The notes beneath the pieces are model-generated. The model saw only the letters and a program-made list of their open reading frames with translations, had not been told where the DNA came from and did not search any database. From Octopus sinensis (Eukaryota): 64,000 bases of DNA. The stretch is from contig NC_042997.1 of assembly GCF_006345805.1 (NCBI RefSeq), positions 147,188,001-147,252,000 of the forward strand. The letters are read 5' to 3'. Shown piece by piece: positions 53,521-64,000 of the stretch (position 1 is the stretch's first letter; every line of letters starts with the position of its first letter). A program made the translations under genes and the position numbers.

Positions 53521-55109
53521 GTTCTGAATAGCTCTCAGTGTATCATGAAATCGAATATTACCTTAATATAGATTAAAGCAATCGACCAAAAAAAAAAATG
53601 TGTAACATGAAGTCTTCTATCCTCTAGAGATTCTGACAAGTAGCCTTGCCATTTCCTGAACAGAGTTTACAAGGATTCACTGTCAGAACGAAGAATGTGT
53701 GGTTGTTTGTTCCTTCTCGAGCCATGCCTAGCTAATAAGGGCCTGTTTCCTGGTTTCATTGGTGCATAGGTTCCCCGGCTGGATGGGACACCGGTCCATT
53801 GCAGGTGAGCTTCTAGATGCAGGAGGAAAGAGTGAGAGTAATTTGTGGCGAAAGAGTCAGCAGAGGTTCGACATTACCTTCTGCTAGATCCGTGTGGAGC
53901 TTGTTGTCCCCTCACCATTTTGTGTTTTGATTTCTGTACATTTCAACCACACACACAAACACAGAGTTTTATTTTAAGATGTCTTGCCAATAGGGAAAGA
54001 ATCGGTATCTATCCTAGATCCAAGGCTTCTTCATTGGAATTTCAACAACATCAACGCGTTTTTTTTACATGTATGTATATGTGTATGTGTGTATGCATGT
54101 GTGTGTGTGTGTTTGTGTGTGCAAATCAGGTGCAGTTGAACGTTAGGCGTATTAATGGTCAACTGGAATTTATACAAGATACGGGTTTAGTAATATCATT
54201 TATATTAAAGTGATGTTTAATATGGATATGAAAATATTCACTTCGACAGTTCGATGAAGTGCATATACGTGAAAGGAGATATTGCGATTAAAAAATGCCA
54301 AACATTTAGAATTGGATAAATTTTAAATGATATTGAAAATTCTTTAATAAAATTCTTAAAAACCATAGGGAAAGGATATCGCTAAGATTGTTGAATGCTT
54401 TGAATGAATATTTTAATTCACCAAGATTAATATTTGATGAGTTGAAAGCACAAGAAGGTCTGGGGAATGGCTGTAAGTTGATTTGCCATTAATATGGCTT
54501 GAATTTTATTTGGCTGTCAACTATATATAAGAACTGAAAGAGATAGTCAATCAAAATAGTAATGTGTATTTGCCTTAAGTTGTCTTCTGCAATTTTCCAT
54601 TTTAAAGTAAAATGAAAAAAGTAAAGTTGATAAGAGACTATGATAAAATAATGTGGAATATAGACTGAAATAGAATTTAAGAAATAAATATAATGCAGTC
54701 GGTTGAGTGTTTTATAGTATTAAATTGTATAAGACATTGAAAATTACAGTGTAAGATTGAAAAGTCATAGATATATAGTTAAGAATTTCTCTTAGCAAAC
54801 TAAATGGTTTCAGGTTCAGTTCCACTACACATTGGTCAACTGTTTTTTTTTTGTTTTTACTATAGCCCGCATCAGCCAATGCAATGTGAGCGAATTTGGT
54901 GAACGGAATCTGTGTGAATGTTCATTGTATACATATTTACATATAGAAAAACACACACATATGTTTATACACATACATTTATGTGTATGTATTGTGCGCG
55001 TGAATATGTCACCCTACCGCTTGAGAGCACGTGTTAAAATTAGTACCAGTGTCAAGGCGGTGAGCATGCAGAATCCTTAGATCGTAACTACGCTCTGCTA
55101 CAGTTAAAA

Positions 55110-55340
55110 GGCAGCGAGCTGGCAGAATCGTTAGCACGCCGGGAAAAATGCGTAGCCGTATTTCGTCTGTCGTTACATTCTGAGTTCAAATTCCGTCGAG
55201 GTCGACTTTGGTTTTCATCCTTTCGGGGTCGACAAATTAAGTACCAGTTACGCACTGGGGTTGATGTAATCAACTTAATCCGTTTGTCTGCCCTTGTTTG
55301 TCCTCTCTGTGTTTAGTTCCTTGTGGGTAGTAAAGAAATA
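55110..55340 (+). mobile_element. Family-1 SINE (tail A) inserted in the head of another family-1 SINE
   Basis: Imperfect 17-bp duplication GGTGAGCATGCAGAATC (55059-55075) / GCTGAGTTTGCAGAATC (55341-55357); host SINE resumes at 57020-57183. Confidence 0.8.
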
Positions 55341-55357
55341 GCTGAGTTTGCAGAATC

Positions 55358-57019
55358 ATCGCACTCTTCCGTTGTTTTACAAGGTGTACGTGAGTCATTT
55401 TTGACGGTATTTTCAGTGTTAACAACGTTTAGTTTGTTTCAGTGTTTTAACACTTCGATTAATTGTTTTTGTGCTGCTTTCCAGCAATTTTCTTGTGCTT
55501 CCCCTCCTCATAGAGGCGGGTCGGCTTAGTGAAAAAGATCTCTGAAGAAGACTCCAGCTTTTCAGATATGTCGTCTTCAGAGGAAGAATTTTTTAAAACG
55601 GTCAAAAGAATGGACGAAAAAGTAAATGAAGAAAGAGAAACTTTGCGGACTTGGCAAAGTGCCAGGAAAATATATTGATATTGGTAAATTTGAAAATTAT
55701 AAAAATTTATTAATTCTGGATGGATTTGACGTTAAATTGTTCCCCCCCCCCACACAAGAGACGTTTAATAATATGAAAAAAGAACAATGTTGTACAGAAC
55801 ATTTTCAATAATTAAAGGAAAAATTGATGTCATGACCACGGGTCAATTAGAAAAAGCGTTAAGACCAATATGGCATGAAATTGTGTACTAAGTTCGGAGT
55901 AGTGGAGGTGAGATTCAAGGACGCGGCAACAACAAAAAAGCACGCAGCAACTACCATTAAGAGGGAGGAAGTGGTGCTTTTGCTCACTTACCGTGGACAA
56001 CGTGCGACCAGAGTTAGGGTGGTGGGAAATCCGCCAGAGATAGATATGGCCTGGATAGCAGCCGCTGTCCTTCTGGGAAATAAGGGCAACATAGCGATTC
56101 TCCACGTCACAAAATGCAAAGTGTTATATGGAAGGGACAGATACTGGACATGATTATTCAAGGTTAAACCGAAACCCTAGAAAACATTACAGAAACAATA
56201 ATTACGGACGATGTGATAATGAGGTCAGGATAGAGGGCAGAATCCCTCGATGCTTTAAATGTGGCCTGAAGGGCCACATCAGAGCGGACTGCCCTTCACA
56301 GACCAAAAAGACGGAGGAGATACAAGAGGAAGAGCCCCAGAAAGAGCAAGAAAATAGAGAGGAAAAATATCAACAGAAGTAGAAATGAAACAGACAACGA
56401 ATGGGAAAGAGGAAAAAAGGAACAAGAGGAAAAGAAAAAAATCAAGCCCCATAACCACCCATCACCCACCCACAACCTCTTCAACCCACCCTTCCTCTAC
56501 AGACACCAAACCTGCCCATCTCCCTCTGACACAGAAAAATGTACAAACAGACAAGAACTCCCAAACTCCCCCGCCAGACAAAAAGAGAAAGAAACAAAAT
56601 GCCAAATGAAAAACTGTGTAAAGAAGTGTTATCTTGGGTAGACTTTAAAACAGTTGGAACAACGAGTTTTGACAGCATAAACGGATGGCACTGTTACGCG
56701 TTGTGCTCGGATGAACAGAAAGAAAAAATAACAGGATTTAAAAGCGGAGGTGAAATTGGATTGGTACGTATTACCAGAGTATATGACATATGAGGAAGTG
56801 GTGGACGAATTTGGAATAGATATTCTTTCAGGAACGAAGTTTAAAAGGTATAAATGAAGCTGCTATGAAGTGAGACAGAGTGGCTTCATTCCATTTTTCT
56901 TTTCACTTTTCATGTCATTTTTTTCATACGTTGATTCTAATTTCTTTTTCTCTGTATGTCCCCATATGTTGTGTATTGTCCCCTCTATGTTCGTCCCGTA
57001 GTGGGTAATAAAAAGATTT
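55358..57019 (+). mobile_element. ORF1-only non-LTR retroelement (Tx1-related, HAL1-like)
   Basis: ~210-bp leader, frameshifted ORF1 from ATG 55568, no endonuclease/RT, ends in the shared tail TGTCCCCTCTATGTTCGTCCCGTAGTGGGTAATAAAAAG. Confidence 0.75.
55568..56793 (+). pseudogene. Gag-like ORF1p: RRM-like region, CCHC zinc knuckle, charged/Pro-rich tail
   Basis: TRVRVVGNPPEIDMAWIAAAVL; EGRIPRCFKCGLKGHIRADCP (CX2CX4HX4C); several frameshifts. Confidence 0.8.
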
Positions 57020-57411
57020 GAATCGTTAGCATGCTGGGCAAAATGTTTAGCGGCATTTCGTCCATCTTTACATTCTGAGTTCAAATTCCGCTGTGGTCGA
57101 CTTTGACTTTCATCGTTTTCGGGCCGATTAAATAAGTACCATTTGGACACTGAAATAGATGTAATCGATTTACTCCCACCCCAATGACTACAAACAAAAA
57201 AGGTATGTATATACACATACCATTTCACACTGTATATTTATATCATACCTATATATTATACTTAATTACTATTCGTATTTTAAGATTTACTTCAGTCATA
57301 GACAAATTTCAGTGTGACACATGACTATATTTTATTTACAGTATTGTAGTCACTCAAACTGCCGACAGTGTGCTTGTAGTTGAGTATCACATTATCTTCG
57401 TTATACAAGTA

Positions 57412-57612
57412 CAATAATCCCTCGCCATATCGCGGTTCACCTATCGCGCACTCAGTACATCGCGAATTTTTCTGGCTAATATATGTAAATTTATATTGCG
57501 GACTCCTCATTATATCGCGAGGAATTTTTAGGAATTTTCAATTTTTTTCGATTTGAATTATTTCTGTGGAAGGTTTTGGAACGTAACACCCACGATAGTA
57601 AGGATGTTACTG
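57412..57612. mobile_element. pogo/Tigger-type MITE
   Basis: Imperfect TIRs CAATAATCCCTCGCCATATCGCGG / CCCACGATAGTAAGGATGTTACTG, TA on both sides, ~200 bp. Confidence 0.65.
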
Positions 57613-58706
57613 TAGAGGTAAACATCACAAGTTTATCCAACAGAACAAGTGTAAAATTTCAAATCTATTCATAGTAGGTATAACTAGTCCTCTTTGGTGT
57701 CATCTCTAACACTGTCGACTGGCATAGGACAAATACATGGTTCAACTCCTGTAGGCGCTTTTACTGTTCCTCTTTTACCTTTCTTCTATGATTTTGGAGT
57801 CTCCGGATAAAGTAGAACGCTGAGGTGTGTTCAAATTTGTATACTTCCCTATAACTTAACGGTTCGGCAAAAAGGAGGGAATAAATACGTACCTGACTTA
57901 AAAAGCAAGTACTGTAATCAATAGTCACCTAAACCTTTCAAGGCAGCCCTTGAAAGATCGCAATCTAATGACTGAAACAAGTTAAAGTGTAAAAATATTT
58001 TCTTTTATTTTTAGCGATTTTCTTTATTGAACTGTATCATTCTAAGTCTTCAACATAAAAGTGTCATTTGATGTATAGGTTTGCTCTTTCATATCAATGA
58101 TTTCAAATCTATTCATAGTAGGTATAACTAGTCCTTTGATCAAACTTATTTATCATGTTATTCTCAGCGACATTTTAATTCACACTTAACTAAATCCTGC
58201 AGAAAAGCAGAAGTAAATATGTCGAGTAATTTATCATATTCTTTGATAGCATCAATCCCATTTGAGTCTTCCTCGAAGCCTACTTTAAAAATGTGTTAGA
58301 ACTATTTTTACTATAACTGTTACAGAATTATAATTCTTAGATTATTGGATCTTGTTGTTTAGAGTGGAGAAGATATCAAAGTGTTATCGAATTTTTGCTA
58401 TTATTAAACCGAATTTACGTTCAGCTTTAATCTCATTCAATAGAATGAGGAAATGGAAAAGTGAAACAATGTTTTTATCGATCCTCGTTGTTTTGGCTAG
58501 AACTGGCAAAAATATCTTGAGAGGAAGTCAAGAAAGTTAGAAGCATTGTATATATTATGATTAATTAGATTGTTGTTGGCTTTAAACCCAGCACGTGTAT
58601 GTTTTTATGTTTTGTTTTTGTAAATTTGTTCCATCGCGTTGTTCAGTCTAGAAATAAAACATATTCATTATATGGCTGAAGGGAAACTATTTCCATTATA
58701 ATAATA

Positions 58707-58908
58707 ATCTTTTCTACTAAAGGCGTAAAGCCTGAAATTTTTGGAGGGGGGCAAGTCGATTACATCGACCCCAGTACCAAACTAGTACTTATTTATCGAC
58801 CCCGAAAGAATGAAAGGCAACGTTGACCTCGGTGGCATTTGAACTCAGAACGTAAAGACGGGCGGAGTCTCGCTAAGCATTTTGCCCGGCGTGTTAACGC
58901 TCGCTGCC

Positions 58909-58954
<46 letters not shown>

Positions 58955-59296
58955 TGATAATAATAATAATCTTTTCTACTAAATGCACAAAGCCTAAAAT
59001 CTGGCAGAAGGGGAATAGTCGATTGTATTGACCGCAGTGTTTCCCTCGTTCTTAATTTATGGACCCCGAAAGGATGAAAAGCAAAGTCAACCTCGACGGA
59101 ATTTGTACTCAGAACGTAGCGACGGGCGAAATGCCACTAAGCATTTCAAAAATAATAATGGTAATAATTTCAAATTTTTGCCACAAGGGCAGCTTGGGTG
59201 GGGGATTAAATCGATTACATCGACCCCAGTGCGCAACTGGTATTTATTTAATGGACCCCGAAAGGATGAAAGGTAAAGTCGACCTCGGTGGAATTT
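58707..59296 (-). mobile_element. Three consecutive family-1 SINE copies separated by (AAT)n
   Basis: ~58707-58910, 58970-59146, 59167-59296 (last two lack the head). Confidence 0.88.
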
Positions 59297-60030
59297 AAAG
59301 AAGTTGACGAAATGCAAGAAGAAGACCTCCAGGAGAAGCCACAAGAGAAGCCCCAGGATGGGCAAGAAGAGGAAAAAATGGTACCAGTAGAAACAAAAAA
59401 AGAAAGAGGAAGAATGGGAAAATACCGGAAAAAGAAAAAGGAAGAGGAAAAAGATAAGTCCAACACATACAGAATTCAAACTACAGCTATCCAAGACCCA
59501 ACCATACCCTCTTTGTCCTACTCTCGCCCTGCAGACACTAAGCCTTACCACTCCCCTCCATCACAAAAGAAAAGAAAAGAACACTTTTGACACAATTAGT
59601 CACAAATCCCTCCCCCCCATTGGCTGTTTTGCGTGTGTAATATATGATGATGAACTGTTTGAAAGGGTAATTGAATGGGAGAACACAGTTCATGTTGATG
59701 TAGAGTACGAAGAGTGTAATGGAGTAGCAGGTACGGTTCTGTTAATAACGGAACAGCAAATGATGGAAATGAAGAGACACAAAAGGGAATGTGAACTGTG
59801 GAAGACTTTAACACAGAAAAGCTACCACAGTTTATAGAATATAAAGAACTTTAAAAAGGTATGGAGTAGACATAGTGGAAAACAGAGAAAAGGAAGCAAG
59901 TAATGTTACTTGATGGGGCAAGTAACACCATTTTCATTTCACATTTTTTTCATCTTTCATTATATAATACGTTTTATGTCCCCATGTGATATATGTCCCT
60001 CTTTGTTGGCCCGTTATGGGTAAAAAAATA
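59297..60030 (+). mobile_element. 5'-truncated relative of the ORF1-only element
   Basis: DEMQEEDLQEKPQE...PADTKPYHSPPSQKK parallels EEIQEEEPQKEQE...STDTKPAHLPLTQKN; ends TGTCCCTCTTTGTTGGCCCGTTATGGGTAAAAAAAT. Confidence 0.75.
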
Positions 60031-60039
60031 TCAAAAATC

Positions 60040-60150
60040 CCTAAAAGTTTCATACAGATCCATCCAGCGGTTCTTGGGATATCTTGTCCATGGACAAAGA
60101 AACAAACACGACTGAAAACAATACCCCCGCGTTCGCTAAGGCGGAGGTAA
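60040..60150 (+). mobile_element. Possible Helentron/HINE-type terminal fragment
   Basis: CGGTTCTTGGGATATC...ACAAAGAAACAAAC...GAAAACAATACC, GC-rich hairpin, GGCGGAGGTAA end. Confidence 0.45.
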
Positions 60151-60299
60151 TAATAATAATAATAATAATGGTGATGATGAGGAAATTTTTCAGTTTCAGT
60201 GAATAAGTATGTATAAATTTGATCAATAAATAGTGAGAGAAGAGGTCTTGCTTTATTCTAAACTTGGTTTATTTCTATACATGAACCTTGCCACATTTG

Positions 60300-61900
60300 C
60301 TCATGTAGACAGACATCATAGTTAGAGCATGTGAGGGGAGGAATTCTTCAATACTGTTATAGTAAGGCATTTTGTTGGTACATAAATATAGCAAGTGTCA
60401 TGCAGTAACAAGTAAGCTTCTGGCAACTTACATCTGCTGCATAATGTCGATTTCCGTTAGAAACAGATTCCATCAACTTGTGACAAGTCTTAAATGACAC
60501 ATAGATGAATTATTTTCTGCTACAGTTGCTATGTTTGTTGTCGTTTCTTATTGTTGCCTACTTCTAACTTCTGCTAATTCTGATCGAGATTCAACGTCGG
60601 TTTCGAGTTCATCGAGGAAATATATTTTCCAGTGTGTCCGAACAGTTTTTTACAACGATAGTTTTATTTGAGGGAAATTTGGTTGCTATTTCACCAAGTT
60701 AAACTATTACCTAGAAGCTCTTCTGTTGGTTGGATGGTTGACTGCTACTACTGTTTTGCAGCCTTCTGGCTTAAATAAATTACTACAATGTAGAAAATTG
60801 TGTGGCTTTAACTTATAATCTATATCTGAATATTTATTTGATTGGATGCAGGACGTAGTTAGGACACAGAAGTGTCTGTGAGTTGAAATATTTGTTAAAT
60901 TTATAGCAAATGCACAAAAGCAGCTTATCAGATATGTTAGTAGCCATGTCAAAGGAATTATAGAATAAAACATTGTTTTATACAATGCAAGAGAAAGAAA
61001 AAAGGATAAAAAGAAAAACCGAAAACAATATCTCTTAATCTGCCAAAACATGGTTTTTGGCAAGTTGAGAAGTAGTAATGGCCTCCATTACTACCTTAGT
61101 ATTTTCCAGCATAAAACTTTGGCTTTATCCATACTTGTTACAACCATTTTTTCCCTCTGCTCATTCAAACTTGAAAATTCGCCAGTCATAAGGAAATGCT
61201 ATTTGCAAGAATCTTCCTGCATATTTGATAATTTTCACCTTGTCTCAGGACCAGAAATTATAATTTTTTTTCTTCTTTTTACCAAAGTGTGATCCGACTG
61301 ATTTTTCTGCATGATTTCCAACCTCTATTTTAAATGTTTGTGTTATTCATTGAAGTTCAGTGAGGCAGCATTAAAAAAAAAATTAATTCTACCTTGTAGA
61401 ACTCAAATTCTATTCTTTCGATAAGGTTGTTGAGCAAGTCAACAGTGCTTTTAATTGACTCCTGGGATGCGTTTGACGACGATAGGAAGTATGGTGCTGG
61501 CACATGTTTTAGTCTGAGCAGTATTCCTTAAAGATAATGACCTTATAAGAAACCATATCATATAGATTCAACATCTGTAAAATTATATTTCTTTTCTTCT
61601 CAATTTTTCTCCATACTAAAATTCTAACTTTCTGAATTCTGCCAAAAATGTCGCGTATATTCTTCAACCTCTATTTTACTTTGGAGGACAATAAATAAAT
61701 TTTGCGATTCACATTCTTCCCGATAACTTTTTCTTAACATTCATTAGTTCGGCGTTTTGTATATGGAATGCGAAGCATTTCATAACAGTGGTCATGATAT
61801 TTTTCTCATTCTCAGCCCCCAACATGCATGATTAGCACCGATCTAGTGCAGTTAAAATTACTATTACTCTTAAACAGTGAATTTTTGTTATTAAAATCGC
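60300..61900 (-). mobile_element. Highly decayed L1/Tx1-like ORF2 (possibly continuing at ~57950-58330)
   Basis: Minus-strand WRPLLLLN at ~61065-61090 resembles NWRPIxLLN; other motifs barely recognisable. Confidence 0.4.
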
Positions 61901-62852
61901 TTTTTTTACCAAACAGCTTAATTTTAGTAAAGTCGTTGTAGCTGCAACACTAACATTTTACTTAATTCGTAGAGCTTATATCTTCTGTTCTTGTTCTTTG
62001 TTTTTCACAACCATTTAACTTTTCTGAACATATCCCACGTTGTATCAATTTGACTGGGTATTTTTTCATCAGTATTAATCATTTATAATTTTGGAATCTC
62101 GATATTTATTCCTAATTAAGACAGCAGAATCGTTACTGCACTGTGCAAAATGCTTTGGTGCATTTTGTCCGCCTTTACATTAGGAGTTCAAATTCCGCCG
62201 TGATCGACTTTGCCTTTCATCTTTTCAAGGTCGATAAAATAAGTACCGGTTGAGTATTGGAGTCGATGTAATCTGCTTTCCCTCTTCTCCACAACTGCTG
62301 GCCTTGTGCCACAATTTGAAACGAATACTTACTCCTAATCCATAGTTTATCAAATTAGATCTTAGCTCATTGGTTTTTATTATTATCGTATTACATACTT
62401 ATCCTAATAAATATCATCGGCAAAAACCAATTTACTGCTGACTTCTCAATTTTCTATAGCAGTTCCTTCTAAAGACTCAAAGATTTCTGTTTTTATGCAT
62501 TATAGAAATACATTTAAATGTCTTAGTGAAAGACTATAACTTTGACACCAGCAGTCGTTCTAAACAATATGCTTGCGGTATTTCTAATTAAACCTAAACT
62601 GGTCATATGTCTTGGTAACAAATACTATTGGTAGGCTGGCGCTATATTTTCTTATAGGAAAGCTATATTTTCTTATAGGTACCCCATGCCACACTTAGTC
62701 ATAAAGTTCTTAGTTTTAAGTTAATGGAATTGTAGTAATGGTCTGACTAGTGCTTTATGTATTTTTCTACTAGAATAGAAATGTAACAAATCTTAAAGAT
62801 TTTTTTCCTCAACAGTATGTTATTTTTATATTTAATATTTCCATTTGGCATA

Positions 62853-63150
62853 GGGCGGTGAGCTGGCAGAAACGTTAGCACGCCGGGCGAAATGCGTAGC
62901 CGTATTTCGTCTGCCGCTACGTTCTTAGTTCAAATTCCGCCGAGGTCGACTCTGGTTTTCATCCTTTCGGGGTTGATAAATTAAGTACTAGTTGTGTACT
63001 GGGATCGATCTAATTGACTGGCCCCCTCCCAAAATTTTCGGGCCTTGTGCCTAGAGTAGAAAAGAGGTCGACTTTACCTTTCATCCTTTCGGGGTCGATT
63101 AAATAAGTACCAGTTATGCAGCGATGTCGTTGTAATCGACTTAATCCCTT
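62853..63150 (+). mobile_element. Family-1 SINE (tail B) plus a headless second unit
   Basis: Near-consensus copy 62853-63064, then a unit starting GAGGTCGAC. Confidence 0.9.
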
Positions 63151-63699
63151 TGTTTTTTTACATTTTATGTTTATCTCCATTCGACAATGTTCAGCATCAG
63201 CAATGTCTTGCTTTGATGGTTGATTAAATTTTTTAGCGTTTCTCTTTTCACAAGTGGTATAAGAATTAATTCTGCCCATTTGCCGGGCCACCATCTGTAG
63301 GCAAAATACTATTATAAACTTTACAAAGAATCTTACTGGTAGTTTCACCTTTCTTTTTAACTGTTCTGCCTAGTGTTTAATATGTTGCACTCACGATCGC
63401 AAGATAATGGCTTCGATTCCCAGATCGGGCAGAGCTTTGTGTTCCTGAGTAGAACACTTCATTTCACATTGCTCGCGTTCACTCAGCTACATATGAGTTC
63501 CAGTAATAGTTGGGAAGTTAATCCTGCGACGCACCGGCGTCGAGTTCAGTGAGGGAGTGTCGTAAACTCAGTCACTCATGCGCCATGGCTCCTGGGTTAA
63601 TCTCCGGCCTATTGGTGCCTAGTATTTATGACAAATATGTATCAAAATCATTTATATTATCTGTTTCAAGTTAGTAATTAAATTTTAGTTTACTAATTG

Positions 63700-63850
63700 C
63701 TGATGTAACTTCTGATGTAACTTCTGGCTCTTGTATATTAAAAGGAGTTTCTTTTCTTAATTGCTTTAGTATATTACTATCTACATATTTCTGGCTCTTG
63801 TATATTAAAAGGAGTTTCTTTTCTTAATTGCTGTAGTACATTACTATCTG
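63700..63850. repeat. Local tandem duplications (12-bp and 67-bp period)
   Basis: CTGATGTAACTT x2; TTCTGGCTCTTGTATATTAAAAGGAGTTTC... at 63722 and 63789. Confidence 0.9.
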
Positions 63851-64000
63851 CCTCTGGTTTATAGCTGTCAAATTTCTCTCAGTATTCTATCTGTCTATCC
63901 GATCTATCATTTTCTGCATTTGCTTTCGTTAGTAGACTTGCATATGTATCCTCAACAACTTGGCTTTTAGGTACCCTTCATTTTGGTAGATCTTTTGCTG

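Noticed and set aside
23871-59298. Recurrent ORFs containing PVRNWYL...RKDERQSRPRRNLNSE
   Set aside because: Antisense translation of family-1 SINE copies, not a gene family

Overview
AT-rich eukaryotic, repeat-saturated DNA with no recognisable host protein-coding gene. The repeat repertoire (tRNA-headed SINEs, very long (TA)n/(CA)n/(ATT)n tracts) most resembles a cephalopod (Octopus-like) genome; this is an inference, not a database result. Most supplied ORFs are microsatellite or SINE artefacts. Supported elements: a young 5'-truncated CR1-type LINE (38321-40174, one frameshift); a full-length decayed Tc1/mariner (maT-like) transposon with 26-bp TIRs (19382-20643); decayed L1/Tx1, R4/Dong, RTE and Penelope fragments; hAT and pogo-type MITEs; and dozens of SINE copies from about three families. 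Two things stand out. (1) An apparent three-tier retroelement partnership: a Tx1-type LINE, an ORF1-only (HAL1-like) zinc-knuckle element and a SINE subfamily share one ~50-nt 3' tail, and the SINE subfamily repeatedly lands at a GGT site, often at the same nucleotide inside the SINE's own tRNA head. (2) Five minimal hammerhead-ribozyme-like motifs and long fold-back repeats lie in Penelope-like remnants next to microsatellites. Coordinates of decayed repeats are approximate, read by eye.
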